A stretch of DNA of 62,971 nucleotides, the filler included, from Octopus bimaculoides (Eukaryota), in assembly GCF_001194135.2 (NCBI RefSeq). It is 8 parts of 5 records of this genome, joined end to end, with 100 filler letters (N's around TTAATTAATTAA, not from the genome) between each part and the next. Parts side by side here need not be neighbours in the genome. Positions count along the whole stretch, not along the records: positions 1 to 23,723 come from NC_068982.1; 7 more parts are not named here. The stretch is one strand, 5' to 3'. Numbering within the stretch: the first letter of the stretch is position 1; each line of letters begins with the position of its first letter. The position numbers and the translations under genes were made by a program. A model generated the notes under the pieces. It ran no database searches. It was given only the letters and a program-made list of their open reading frames with translations, and was not told where the DNA came from. This document shows positions 1 through 13,170 of the stretch, in pieces.

Positions 1-82
1 TGTGAAGATTTGTAGAAAACGATTTGGCAGATGATAGCACCATAATAAATTGATCGCATAAAATAATGATTTCAATATATAT

Positions 83-360
83 AGTGGATTTGGTAGACGG
101 AAACTGAAAGAAGCCCGTCATATATATGTATATATGTATGTGTGTGTATATGTTTGTGTGTCTGTGTTTGTCCCCCAACATCGCTTGACAACCGATGCTG
201 GTGTTTACGTCCTCGTAACTTAGCGGTTCGGCAAAAGAGATCGATAGAATAAGTACTAGGCTTACAAAGAATAAGTCATGGGGTCGGTTTGCTCGACTAA
301 AAGTGGTACTCCAGCATGGCCGCAGTTAAATGACTGAAACAGGTAAAAGAGTAAAAGAGT
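83..360 (+). mobile_element. SINE family A (tRNA-derived, CORE-like, bipartite), 5'-truncated copy
   Basis: GTGGATTTGGTAGACGGAAACTGAAAGAAGCCCGTC + TA/TG microsatellite + 3' module ending TGACTGAAACAGGTAAAAGAGT; matches full copies at 13171, 16992 and 22624. Confidence 0.9.
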
Positions 361-389
361 ATATATATATATATATATATATCACAAAA

Positions 390-598
390 AGGTGAGCTGG
401 CAGAATCATTAGCACACCGGACAAAATACTTCCCAGCATTTCGTCCATCTTTATGTTCTAAATTCAAATTCCATAGAGGTTGACTTCGCCTTTCATCATT
501 TCGGGGTCGATAGTTTAAGTACCAGTTGAGCACTGAGGTCGGTGTAATCGACTTACCCTCTTTCCCAAAATTATTGGCCTTGTGCCCAAACTCGAACC
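390..598 (+). mobile_element. SINE family B (GGCGAGCTGGCAGAA head), degenerate
   Basis: Head GGTGAGCTGGCAGAATCATTAGCAC and body TTGACTTCGCCTTTCATCATTTCGGGGTCGATAG; homologous to the clean copy at 53337. Confidence 0.85.
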
Positions 599-602
599 CA
601 AT

Positions 603-633
<31 letters not shown>

Positions 634-760
634 GGGAGACTTCACAAAAAAGAAACAAAACACGAAGACAGGTGGTGTAGACAACAAACAGATGTATTAG
701 TATAACGCTCGAGAAGTGAAAAAGTCTTAACGTTTCGAGCCTACGCTCTTCCACAGAAAG
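634..760 (-). mobile_element. Penelope-like element terminal fragment with minimal hammerhead-like motif
   Basis: Minus strand reads CTTT-CTGTGGA-A-GAGC GTAG GCTC-GAAACGTT-AAG; a second copy lies at 20205-20352. Confidence 0.6.
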
Positions 761-992
761 GAGGCGAGCTGGCAGAAGTGTTAGCGCGCCGGGCGAAATG
801 CTTCGCGGTATTTCGTCCGTCTTTACGTTCTGAGTTCAAATTCCGCCGAGGTCGACTTTGCCTTTCATCCTTTTGGGGTCGATAAATTAAGTACCAGTTA
901 CAGACTGGGGTCGGTATAATCGGCTTAATCTGTTTGTCTGTCCTTGTTTGTCCCCTCTATGTTTAGCTCCTTGTGGGCAATAAAGAAATAAG
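761..992 (+). mobile_element. SINE family B, variant with TTTGTCCCCTCT...AATAAAGAAA tail
   Basis: Full head GAGGCGAGCTGGCAGAAGTGTTAGCGCGCCGGGCGAAATG, B-box-like GAGTTCAAATTCC, and a tail similar to 24032-24075. Confidence 0.9.
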
Positions 993-1618
993 AAACGAAC
1001 ACAGAAAGAGACAAAGAGAGAAAATAAAAAAATGTGTAGTGGCTAGCGATCTATCATGTTGAAAATTATGTTCAATAGCTTTAGCATATTCATTGATATT
1101 ATATAAGTGTATATATTCCTTTATGAATTTGATCTGTAAATCTTGATTCGCAATCGATACAGTAAGTGATTTGCAACGTAATTCGGGGAGATATGACATC
1201 AAAAATAGTCAAATAGCACATGGAACTATTTCGGCTGTTGAAGCAATAAATCATTTTGGAAATATAGAAACATTATTTTGTTTGTTTTTGGAAATATCTT
1301 TGACTGTACATTTAATCGATCGAGTCAATCAGTTACTTAATGAATCAATCAATCAGTGAATTAATTGTTCTATAGATAGCAATGTTAATTAAGTATATAT
1401 TTTTTCTACAATCAACCATCAGTGAAAATATTAATTAGCTTTGAGTTTCAATTATATTTAAGTATTAATTACTATTGATTTTGTCATAAAGGCTTCAACA
1501 TTATTCGATACTAAAATAATAAACTTAGTATATAAAAAGATGCGACAAAATGAGTGTGCATGTGTGTGTGTACATGTGTGTGTGTACATGTGTGAGTGTG
1601 TGTGTGCGTGCGTGTGTG

Positions 1619-1651
<33 letters not shown>

Positions 1652-1654
1652 ATG

Positions 1655-1790
1655 TATTAGCCTGGTAAGAAGTTTGCTATTCAACCAGATGATTCTTTGG
1701 CACCTTCGGCAAGTGTCTTCTACTAGTCTCGGGCCTACCAAAGCCTTGTGGGCGGATTTGACATATGGAAACCGAAAGGAACCCGTCGTA
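1655..1790 (+). mobile_element. SINE family A, 5' module, degenerate
   Basis: GGCACCTTCGGCAAGTGTCTTCTAC...GGAAACCGAAAGGAACCCGTCG followed by microsatellite and gap. Confidence 0.8.
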
Positions 1791-1821
1791 TATATGTGTG
1801 TATGCATGTATGTGCATGTAT

Positions 1822-1864
<43 letters not shown>

Positions 1865-2431
1865 CCNNNNNNNNNNNNNNNNNNNNNNNNNNNNNNNNNN
1901 NNNNNNNNNNNNNNNNNNNNNNNNNNNNNNNNNNNNNNNNNNNNNNNNNNNNNNNNNNNNNNNNNNNNNNNNNNNNNNNNNNNNNNNNNNNNNNNNNNNN
2001 NNNNNNNNNNNNNNNNNNNNNNNNNNNNNNNNNNNNNNNNNNNNNNNNNNNNNNNNNNNNNNNNNNNNNNNNNNNNNNNNNNNNNNNNNNNNNNNNNNNN
2101 NNNNNNNNNNNNNNNNNNNNNNNNNNNNNNNNNNNNNNNNNNNNNNNNNNNNNNNNNNNNNNNNNNNNNNNNNNNNNNNNNNNNNNNNNNNNNNNNNNNN
2201 NNNNNNNNNNNNNNNNNNNNNNNNNNNNNNNNNNNNNNNNNNNNNNNNNNNNNNNNNNNNNNNNNNNNNNNNNNNNNNNNNNNNNNNNNNNNNNNNNNNN
2301 NNNNNNNNNNNNNNNNNNNNNNNNNNNNNNNNNNNNNNNNNNNNNNNNNNNNNNNNNNNNNNNNNNNNNNNNNNNNNNNNATATACATACATACATACAT
2401 ATATAAATACATACATATATTCATACATACA

Positions 2432-2465
<34 letters not shown>

Positions 2466-3614
2466 AATACATACATATATTCATACATACATACATACAA
2501 ACATATATACATACATACATACATACATACATGCATGCATACATACATACATGCAAACAAAAATACCCTCTTGTTGATGCTGAATTTCCAATGAAGGAGC
2601 CTCGAATCTAGGTTAGAAACCGGTTCTTTCTCTATTGGCAAGAAATCTTGAAATAAACTGAATAATAACATACGTACATACACAATGGGCTTCTGCATGG
2701 TTTTCATACACCAAATTCCACTCGCAAAGTATTGGGCTGTCAATGGCTGTAGTAATAGACGCACGATGAAGTGTGTTGTTGTTGTTGTTGTACAATCTGG
2801 CTCGCACCTAATCCAGTAGTGCTATGCATAAATATAGACTAACCTTGATGTACCCGTCTTTTTCTTACACGAAAGAAGACTAAGACAGCTATCTAATGCG
2901 TCCTTCACTGACACATTCGGTTATGATTTGAGAAAAATTGATTACTATTTCTTGCAGAACAAATTACCGCTAAGAAAAACACTCATTATTCAGTTGTGGT
3001 ATCATAGCCAACGATCCAAAACGTATAAACTTATTGAGGGTGGAGCGCTCTGGTATCGATTCAGGAACCATGTGATTTCGAAAAGAAATTCTTATCCATT
3101 TATACATGCCTTTGCACATACATTCTTTCAGCTTCTTCGTTTACTGGCTGCATTCACTGGACTGCGGCCATAACAGGAAACCGCGTTCAATCGATTACAC
3201 ACATTCGTACACGCAAACACATGCGCGCGCACACACACGCATATACATCTATATGTGCATATGCATATATCCAGGCATACAGACGTGTTTGTGAGCGTAT
3301 GTGTGTCTGTGTACGCACACAATAGAAATAGCTAACCAGAAAATTCTGTTAATTATATTTAATTACTAATAACGAACATGTACGCTACAAATTATTCAAT
3401 CTATCAAACCTTGATGAAGATATTTTAAACTACTGACATACTGCAAGTAATTGTTAAATGCAGAATAAGTGAAATTAGTGGTACAGAATTGAAGGTATTC
3501 GGCGAGATCCAGGGAACCCTGTCCGGCAATGACATTCTTATGGCTCTTAATTATGAAAAATTAACTATGAAAATATGTGTAAAAATGATATACTAAGCGT
3601 GGATACGGAGTCAT

Positions 3615-3657
<43 letters not shown>

Positions 3658-4104
3658 NNNNNNNNNNNNNNNNNNNNNNNNNNNNNNNNNNNNNNNNNNN
3701 NNNNNNNNNNNNNNNNNNNNNNNNNNNNNNNNNNNNNNNNNNNNNNNNNNNNNNNNNNNNNNNNNNNNNNNNNNNNNNNNNNNNNNNNNNNNNNNNNNNN
3801 NNNNNNNNNNNNNNNNNNNNNNNNNNNNNNNNNNNNNNNNNNNNNNNNNNNNNNNNNNNNNNNNNNNNNNNNNNNNNNNNNNNNNNNNNNNNNNNNNNNN
3901 NNNNNNNNNNNNNNNNNNNNNNNNNNNNNNNNNNNNNNNNNNNNNNNNNNNNNNNNNNNNNNNNNNNNNNNNNNNNNNNNNNNNNNNNNNNNNNNNNNNN
4001 NNNNNNNNNNNNNNNNNNNNNNNNNNNNNNNNNNNNNNNNNNNNNNNNNNNNNNNNNNNNNNNNNGTGTTTGTGTCTATAATTATAATATTTATTGAAAT
4101 CGGT

Positions 4105-4250
4105 TAGCTGGCAAAATTTGCACGCCGGACAAAATGCTTAGTGGCATTTTGTCTGTCTTTATATTCTGAGTTCAAATTCCATCGAGGTCAATTTTGTCTT
4201 TCAATTTTTTGGGCGTCAATAAAAATAGGTACAATTTGAGTAGTGGGATC
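4105..4250 (+). mobile_element. SINE family B, degenerate
   Basis: AGCTGGCAAAATTTGCACGCCGGACAAAATGCTTAG...TTCTGAGTTCAAATTCC. Confidence 0.8.
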
Positions 4251-4865
4251 GATCTGTGTGTGTGTGAACATGCATGCGCGTTTGCGCGCGCAAGCGTGTG
4301 TGTCCGTGTGTGTGTGTGCGTGTGTAAGCATGTACTTGAAGATATTTAGTTTTGCCTATTAGCACCTTGCGGAGTCTCAGAGACGCCGATAAGTATCCAG
4401 GACACATACTTTTTCCTAGATATTTTTAGATCTGGCAGAACCTATCACTCTCTACGTCTGATGAAAACCGATTTTTTCCAGAAGGAGAGAAGTAGAAGAA
4501 AAATGTAAGAAAAACGAAAGAAAGAAGGATAGAAAGTGACCAGAACAATTGAGCCCTGTTAGAGTACGGGTAATTTATAAATCTCGGAATATATAAAAGT
4601 CAATCAAAAGTAATTTCTACTGGTGCATTCTCTAGATATCATTTCATACGCGACACTTCTGCTGTATTCACACTTAATTTAGATATGCATTTGATATAAA
4701 TTTATTCACTTAGAAATATTTTATTCCACTTTAGACCAATCTTGTAAATCTTGTTTCGAAGCACAACTAATATACCATTTGTAAAAATAGCCATTAACAT
4801 GTTTGATTGTTACCGCAATCCACAGACAAATACATAACTATTACCTACATTCTTTTCTACTCTAT

Positions 4866-5053
4866 GCACAAGGCCCGAAATTTTTGGAGAGGTGGCCAGT
4901 CGATTAGATCAGCCCTAGTACGCAACTGGTACTTAATTTATCGACCTCGAATGGATGAAAGGCAAAGTCGACCCCGGCGGAATTTGAACTCAGAACATAA
5001 AGACAGACAAAATACCGCTCTAAGCATTTCGCCCGGCGTGCCAGCTCGCTGCC
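4866..5053 (-). mobile_element. SINE family B
   Basis: Reverse complement of the B consensus (GCACAAGGCCCGAAATTT...GAATTTGAACTCAGAAC...CCAGCTCGC). Confidence 0.9.
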
Positions 5054-5180
5054 TATGATTATTATCTACATTAAACTAGTGTCGCATATTGCTTCGAATT
5101 TCATACACTTCCTTGCTACATGGACGTTTAATCTGACATTTCTGACGATCCTGATTTGTTATATTTTTATGTTATTTGGT

Positions 5181-5462
5181 GAGGGCGCATGGCTCAGTGG
5201 TTAGAGCGTCGGGCTCACAATCATGAGGAAGTGAGCTCCATTTCCAGACCAATATTTCATGTTGCCCCAGTTCTCTCAGGTGTAGAAATGAGTTGCTGTA
5301 TCGTCTTTTGCCATTCCCTTGCATTACGTCGGTGGCGTGGAGATGGTATGCATGGGCGACTGCTGATCTTCCATAAATAGCCTTGCCCGGACTTGTGTCT
5401 CGGAGGGGAACTTTCTAGGTGCAATCCTACGGTCATTCATGACCGAAGGGCATCTTCACCTT
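5181..5462 (+). mobile_element. SINE family D (tRNA-derived head GGCGCATGGCTCAGTGGTTAGAGCG)
   Basis: Pol III A-box TGGCTCAGTGG, decayed B-box, no tRNA acceptor-stem closure; continues into a ~200 bp body. Confidence 0.75.
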
Positions 5463-5982
5463 TGTCTATGTTATTTACGTTCTTTTACGTTTGACGTTCA
5501 AATAAAATCTCGATCAATTTCATACGATTCGACTTTACTCCTTCTCCAAAGTATGTGGTCTTAATTTGACTTAATGGTAGTAAGAACACCATGTCCACAA
5601 GTATAAGTTAGATCCGAAGCTAAATTCAAAGATTTATGTCAAATCACATGGTCAACTTTACTTTCATCAGTCAGGTGTCGTTCAATTATTTTCAAATCCA
5701 GTACTGAGATCGATCTAATCAACAATACAACATCCAGCAAATTTGTGAATTTCTATGTTATTAACTATTTATGAAGTCGGTGGATCCTTCGTTTTAGAAT
5801 GAAAATAAAGTAAACGCTCAAGGTGTATTTATTTATATATGTATATATACATATAAACACACACACACACATCTATACATATATATACATATGAATATAT
5901 GTATATACAATAATATATATATATTTATTACTCTTTCTCTCCCCTCTCCCTCTCTCTCCTTCTCTTAATATATATGTGTATG

Positions 5983-6021
<39 letters not shown>

Positions 6022-6581
6022 ACATACACACATATATATTCGTATACATATATGTATGTATATTATATATATGCAAATATATATGTATATATAAATGTCT
6101 ACCTATGTATGCATTAAGATATATGAAGTATGTGCGGATATATATATATATATAGAATAAATGTGTGTGTGAGAGAGAGCATGTGTGTATATATCTCAAT
6201 CTCCATAACTTTCTGTTCTCTCCGTCTCTTTCTCCACACGCACAATCACACACACACACGTCCATACACATACTCACACATATATTACATATGTATGCAT
6301 ATATGCATACATGCTCAAGCACATATATACAAGAAGTGCAGTTTAAACTCATACATACAGATATTAATGCTTGCAGTCAGGTTCTGTGCCGCTACTGCTT
6401 GCTCGTAGCGCTTTGTCAGGATATTTGTAATATATACATACGTACATAGATAGACAGGTACATATATGCATACGTACGTACGTACATTCCTACATACGTA
6501 CACAGACACACACATAGATACATACATACATACACTGACATACAAGCACTCTCACACACTCATACGCGCGCGCACACATGT

Positions 6582-6663
6582 AATAAGCTCATCGGAACCC
6601 TTGACAGGAGGTGGTCCAGTTTTGTTTTGAAACCATCTACATCCACGCTATGCAGGTCTCTCA
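6582..6663 (-). mobile_element. CR1/L2-group LINE ORF2 C-terminal fragment
   Basis: Translates LRDLHSVDVDGFKTKLDHLLSRVP, resembling the 'FK.KLD..L..VPDEP' terminal motif of CR1-group ORF2. Confidence 0.5.
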
Positions 6664-6731
<68 letters not shown>

Positions 6732-8778
6732 CACAAATATATATGCTTGTATATATATAGATTAATTATATANNNNNNNNNNNNNNNNNNNNNNNNNNNN
6801 NNNNNNNNNNNNNNNNNNNNNNNNNNNNNNNNNNNNNNNNNNNNNNNNNNNNNNNNNNNNNNNNNNNNNNNNNNNNNNNNNNNNNNNNNNNNNNNNNNNN
6901 NNNNNNNNNNNNNNNNNNNNNNNNNNNNNNNNNNNNNNNNNNNNNNNNNNNNNNNNNNNNNNNNNNNNNNNNNNNNNNNNNNNNNNNNNNNNNNNNNNNN
7001 NNNNNNNNNNNNNNNNNNNNNNNNNNNNNNNNNNNNNNNNNNNNNNNNNNNNNNNNNNNNNNNNNNNNNNNNNNNNNNNNNNNNNNNNNNNNNNNNNNNN
7101 NNNNNNNNNNNNNNNNNNNNNNNNNNNNNNNNNNNNNNNNNNNNNNNNNNNNNNNNNNNNNNNCTACATACACACATACGCATAGATATATGGATACATA
7201 CATCCATTGTTATCGCTGTCACTGCGCGTGTACCGATCTAATTCCTAAGTACATGTTTACGACAGTTGCTAATAAGGTATAATTAACTCCAGCTGTTGAA
7301 GAGCAAGCAGTAAGGGAGATAAGGCTATCTAGCCTCCAACTGTCATACTGATAACATATCCGAAGACACTATGGCCCTGAAGAATATAACTCACAAGAGA
7401 TAAAAACCATTCTACGTTTAACAGCCGGAGACATTTTAATAGTTTTACACGCGCGTATCCATAGTTATATACAAACATATTTATACATATGTATATGTAT
7501 GTACTTGTATGTATATATACATATACGTCATAAGTATATGTATACATATATATCTAGTGGGAGAGGTGAAATGCAGTGTGATTTTTGGCTAAAATAATGA
7601 GAAACAAGGGGATTAGAAAAAGATATATATATGCATTATGTTTAAAGTATGAAAAGAAGGAAAGCGGTAATTAATATGTATATGCCATTATTTGTGTATG
7701 CGTGCGTTTGTCATGGTTGTTTAAATACCAGAAGGAAACAGAGATTGAAGTGGAGTTTCTTGCATCAACAATTGACCATAATATAAATGATGACTGATAT
7801 TTCTCTTTAGTGTAAGAAGATATATGAAATGGCATACATAATATGTTAATGTGTTTATACTTAAAAATAAAGCATTCATGTAGATATTTTAAGAGAAGGA
7901 AGAAAATGTTTTTGTTTGCATGAAGTTCACTTGTTATAGCCAACGATGTAGCCTCTTCATAATTGCCTGACCCACAAGAATTAAGAAACAAGTTACCGGC
8001 ATATTACATTTTATGTTGTTTCATGTAGGGAAGCGCACAGGATGTCACAGTAAGGACGCCGTTTTTATCCAGCGGCAGCAATAATTTGTGTGGATAACAT
8101 CTTCGTTGCTCGCCTAGAGACGATAACTGCTGATAGAAATTGAACAGTATAGCAATATACTGAAGCCATGAGCTCTGAGAAATCACCGATGACTATTACT
8201 TTGGTTTTAAATGTCAAAGATGTAGTGTAACAAATTTGGTAGGTCATAATACAAAGCTACCATATTGAAGCCTTGTGAGAAATATTACAACGTACGATAT
8301 CAACAACTCCATTATATATCTGGTACTTCCCACTACACAGAAAAATAATACAGAGCTCACAGCAACAGAGGCTGAACTTGAGAAATAGAGAGAAAAAATT
8401 ATACCCAGTATTTGGCTTTTTCTTATATTCTTCTACGTAGCGTCTCTTTTTGAGATATTTTTCTCTTGAACGAATTTTAGGAATCGAATCTAAGATATTA
8501 GAAAACTGGAAAGTAAGATTGTGTACCACGAATTTACCATTACAGCATAAAATGTGTAAGACTAAACAATCTTGTCAACAGTAGCGACAAACAATTCATT
8601 CCTTAAACAAACTAAAAATTGCTTTCTTATCTGTATAAACATATTGTTTATACTTTTAATTCTTATTCTATTTTCCCGTATTTTCCCTTTAAATTAATTC
8701 ATTAAATCACTTGTATAATCATAATGCCTGAAACATAAACTGTTTCCAGTTTGTTGTTGCCAGTAAATATTTCGGTAT

Positions 8779-9144
8779 TTATATTTCCAGCAAGATGTCA
8801 ACTCGGGACTTGCGGTTGCTTTCGGGCAATTCATCAGGCAGAAATTTTCTAAGTTTAAGAACTTTTCCAAATTGTTGAAGATGACGATGAACCATTGTAC
8901 GGTTTGAACTAAGCTTTATTGCCAATTCTTCAACTGATAATGCAGGATTTTCTTCAAGTAATGCCTCAAGGAGCTTATCATCAAACTCAACTGGACGTCC
9001 TGTTCGATCCTCATCTTCAAGGCTGAAATCTCCACTTCTGAATTTTNNNNNNNNNNTGTGTTTCGAGTCGTTTCGGCTGCAGAGTTTCCTTTTTTGTACT
9101 CATAAAGCATTATGTGCCTTAAATGCTCTTTGGATACTTCCATG
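8779..9144 (-). pseudogene. Mariner (Mos1-like) transposase N-terminal remnant
   Basis: MEVSKEHLRHIMLYEYKKGNSAAETTRN [10-N gap] KFRSGDFSLEDEDRTGRPVEFDDKLLEALLEENPALSVEELA...KFLPDELPESNRKSRVDI then stop; classic mariner HTH and WVPHEL-like linker; no DDD domain. Confidence 0.9.
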
Positions 9145-9976
9145 TTAAAAAGGGTTTTAATCAAAGAAATTTTAATTCTGTTATTCTGTAAAATAATATT
9201 TAATTAGTTTAAATGTACACAAATGCATGAAAATATCTAAAATACTATTAAATGAGATGCAGCCAGAGAAATTGACTTACAATATTCGGACTGAACCCCT
9301 CTATTTTCTGTATTACTTTTCGTTTCTTTGAGGTTCGATATCACACATAACACTCATATACCCGGTTAACTTCAACCAATAATACCCATTTACCGCGAAT
9401 TCGTAACTTTTTTCCAATGTAAGAAATCAATGGACAAAATTATCCCAGCGTGAATTACCGAACATCGTTTCACTCCTCAAGTGATAAGAAGTACCAGTCA
9501 AATACTGAGGTCTAATAAATCGACAATACGTTTTTCTTTAAAATTTGGAGCCTTGCACCATAGTCTGAAATTAATATTACATTTGTATTTACACTGCTTT
9601 ATAATTCGTTGTCTCGATATTTTTCAAGAACTACCCTCTTTAATCTTCTCCATTATACATCATTATTTTCATCGGTTCCATATCAGATGTATCTGATTTT
9701 TTTCCTGTCAACCGCAATAGTATCAGCTCGCAAATTATCGCATTTTTCATGAACTTGCTGACGTTATCTCGAAGTTTCAGAATGAACAAACAACTAGTGT
9801 TCTGGAAACCCTTGATCCCATTTCCCTTTTAATCTGGGCAAGAAATTATTTTTCCCTTTCCACCATTTAAATCTATCAAAATCTATCAGACGAACTCCTA
9901 TATCAACACTTCTCCTAATAGTTTTTGCTAATATTCCGACTATTTTAAATACTTTCTATTATTGCATATCACTTTA

Positions 9977-10385
9977 AGGTGGTGAACTGGAAAAATCGTT
10001 AGCAGAGCGGGGGAAAATGCATAACGGCATTTCGTGCGTTTTACGTTCAGAGTTCAAATTCCGCCGAGGTCGACTTTGACTATCGGAATCGATAAGATAA
10101 GTACCAGTTGAGCTCTAGAGTCGATATAATCGATTTACCCTCTCCCTCGAAATTGTTAGCCTTGTGCTAAAATTTTAAATTATTTTATTTCAGTTTAAGG
10201 CGGCGGCGAACAAAATGCTTAGTAGCATTTCGTCTTACTTAATGTTATGAATCCTATTTTCGTCGACGCCAGCTTTGCTTTTCATCCCTTCGAGGTCGAT
10301 GAAATAAATACCTGTAAAGTACTGGGGTCTATGTAATCGACTACACCTTTTCAACAAAATTTCAGGCTTTGTGCTTATAGTAGAA
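9977..10385 (+). mobile_element. Two tandem degenerate SINE family B copies
   Basis: Two successive heads (9977, 10199), each followed by GTCGACTTTG/CAGCTTTGCTTTTCATCC...GTCGAT body and TTGTGC tail. Confidence 0.8.
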
Positions 10386-11249
10386 AAAAATTATCATATT
10401 TCAGTTTATTTACATATTTTTCTTTGATGCAGATTACATCTCTCATTTGCAACGCATTAAAAAAAAAAAACAATATTTCATACACAAGGCAGGTAGTTTT
10501 ACAATTTTACCACACTTGGCCAAACTTCACTAAATGAAAACATTTCTCATGAAACACTCTTTAATTATAGGTACAGATATTGTTTTCTTCTTTAATATTA
10601 GATATATTTTCTATGAACGGTTTCAGTTGTCTCCACCGAACATGTATGTATCTGATATTTTACCGTTCCCCAAATTTCTTCATGTCATGTGATATTTATT
10701 CCTTTACTATAATAAAGTAATGACGTATGGGATTTAGTTACTCAAGTGTCTTTACAGACAGAGTTCATATTCTGCTGAGGTCGACTTCGCTGTTTAATAA
10801 CCTCCGAGGTTGATAAACGAAATACCACTGAAGGTTTGTGTTAGTTAATTATACTTCTCAGAATATCGAGCGTTTTCTTTCGATCATGTGTTAATATGTT
10901 TGGTTACACATACGGCATAGTCTTACTTATATTATATAGTGAGGAGATAAAACTCCGAATAACTGTGAATATTCAAGCAATTAGTAAACAAAATCTTCCT
11001 CAAAGAGGTATTTACAATGTACATCGTGCAGGTTAGATAACTTCAATAAGATTAACTGATGGAAGTTTGAAAGACAAAATCCACATCCGACTTATTTTAT
11101 TCAAAACATGTTGATCGCGTAATCATATCGAAGTTGTTTTTAGATTTTAAACACTTCTAACACTGAAGTTATCAACGCAATTTTATGCAAAATTCATAGT
11201 TACCATCAGAAGTGGATGCTTTCATTTCGCTATATTACAAATATTGGTT

Positions 11250-11408
11250 TCAAATTTTGGAACAAAGCTAGCAGGAGGGGCTAGTCGATTAAACTGATCC
11301 ACGAAAGGCAAAGTTGACAGCGGCAGAATTTGAACTCAGAACGTAAAGCCACACTAAATTCTACGTTACATTTCGCGTGGCGTGCTAACGGTTTTGCCAG
11401 CTCGCTGC
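11250..11408 (-). mobile_element. SINE family B, internally deleted
   Basis: GAAAGGCAAAGTTGACAGCGGCAGAATTTGAACTCAGAACGTAAAG...GCCAGCTCGC. Confidence 0.8.
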
Positions 11409-12384
11409 TACCGTTATGTTACACAATGAGATCCTATCTTATATTGATTTATGGTCTTATAGTTGCTTACGGTACAGTACAATTCCTGACTTACGCGGTT
11501 GCTCTCGAAATGGACAGAAAAGCCCAATGAAATAAAGGGTTTATTTAGAATTAGCAGCAATTAACCCCTCATGTTGAGAAGGGGCAATCTAGCAACGTTA
11601 TGTTTTGATTTACTTTCTGGGGTAAGTTATTCCACATAGTCGAATATCACTTTCCTTTCAAAAGGAAAATAAATGAAGGGCGTATATAATACCTGTTGAA
11701 AGGAAGATTTACTATTTAGAGGATGTTACACTTGTTCATTAAACAATGTCGAACCGTTTACAAAATATCTGAAATTTTCTGTTTAATCTAACTTCTCGGC
11801 TACACACAGACAAACAAATATGTCGCGCAAGCACCTATGTCTGAATTTCTGGCTAAGTGTTTGCTTGTCTGTCTCTATGTGTGTATCTCTCTCTCTCTTT
11901 CCCTAACACTATACTCATCTATCTATATTTGTCTGCCCATATACTTATCTGTCTATCCGTGAAAGTATGTGCGCGCGTGCGCGCGTGTTAGCTTGTGCAT
12001 GTGTATTTGAATTTGTGTGTGTATGTTTATGAAAGAAATCTTTAATATATATTTTATACATTCGCTTAATCTTATTACCGCTTGACCGATATTTCGTCTG
12101 AAGATTGATTACAGATTAACAGTAAACCTCATTTGAAAGAGCAGTGTCAATTTTTTTTTTAAATACTGACTGGTTATAAGGTATATGGAAACAACCGTCA
12201 TATTTTCTGGTAATTATCATAAGAACCATACAAAAAATGGTACACTGCAAGAAACGGATTCCATAGACTGATAAGTATTTCAGTTGAAGGGTGATTTTCG
12301 TTTTTATATTAGTTATATGTATTAAAATACCAGTTTCCTTCACAAAGCCTATCTTTTGTTTCTCTCCATTTCTTTTCACATCTA

Positions 12385-12716
12385 TCTATCTAGCTAGCTA
12401 GCTAGCTATCTGTCTGTCTGTCTGTCTGTCTGTCTATTTCTGTCTGTCTATTTCTGTCTGTCTGTCTGTCTTTGTTTGTCTGTCTGTTCGTTTGTCTGTC
12501 TCTCTGTCCATCCAGTCATCCATCTATCTATCTTTCTATCCATGCATCCATGCATACATCCATGCATCCATCCGTCCATTCATCCATGCATCCATCCACC
12601 TATCCAGCCATCCTTGCATCCATCCGTCCGTCCGTCCGTCCGTCCGTCCGTCCGTCCGTCCGTCCGTCCGTCTGTTCTATCTATCTATTCTTTATCTATC
12701 CATCTATCTATTCTTT
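12385..12716. repeat. Compound tetranucleotide microsatellite (TCTA/GCTA/TCTG/CATC/CGTC)
   Basis: Successive runs of related tetramers seen directly. Confidence 0.95.
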
Positions 12717-13170
12717 ATTATGAACGTTAATTGCCACGATATTCACCAAGAAGTACATTAGTAAGTATTCATTAAAATCCAGTCTAGATCGTTTAATTAA
12801 TTCATATTCTGTTACTTGTTTCTGTCATTTGACTGCAGCCTTGCTATGGCAGCGCCTTCAAGAGCTTAGCGTCTCCCATCGACCTCAGTATATATATCAA
12901 GATTTGATTTTTTTTGCCGGTCAATCCTTTTACTGAACTGCTTAGTTATAGAGATATAAAGAAATAACTACTACTTATAAAACACAAATTCATGCGCGCG
13001 CGCGCACACAGACATTTCGCTTGCCAAATTCGCTCAAAAGTACTAGTTGGCACGGAGTTATAGTAGAAGACGCTTGGCCAAGGTGCCGAACTGCAGGGCC
13101 GAACCCGAAATTAAGTGGTTGCAAACTAAATGTTTATACACAGCTAAGCCTACATCTAAAAATTATCCGT

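Noticed and set aside
2575-2630. CCAATGAAGGAGCC...AGGTTAGAAACCGGTT hammerhead-like layout
   Set aside because: The core would be CCAAUGA, lacking the essential U4 and G5; not supportable without a family alignment
1511-2764. Long ORFs rich in X, YI, HT, CV or LS (also 28418-29652, 34229-35287, 36906-38114, 57367-59361, 61650-62192)
   Set aside because: Produced by N runs and dinucleotide or tetranucleotide microsatellites that lack stop codons
5186-5255. tRNA-like sequences (also 19545-19615 minus)
   Set aside because: A and B boxes are present but there is no closed acceptor stem and they continue into SINE bodies; these are SINE heads, not tRNA genes
8800-8842. CTGATGA...CGAAAG on the minus strand, resembling a hammerhead
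   Set aside because: Lies in frame within the mariner remnant (PDELPESNRK, the WVPHEL-like linker); stems do not form properly
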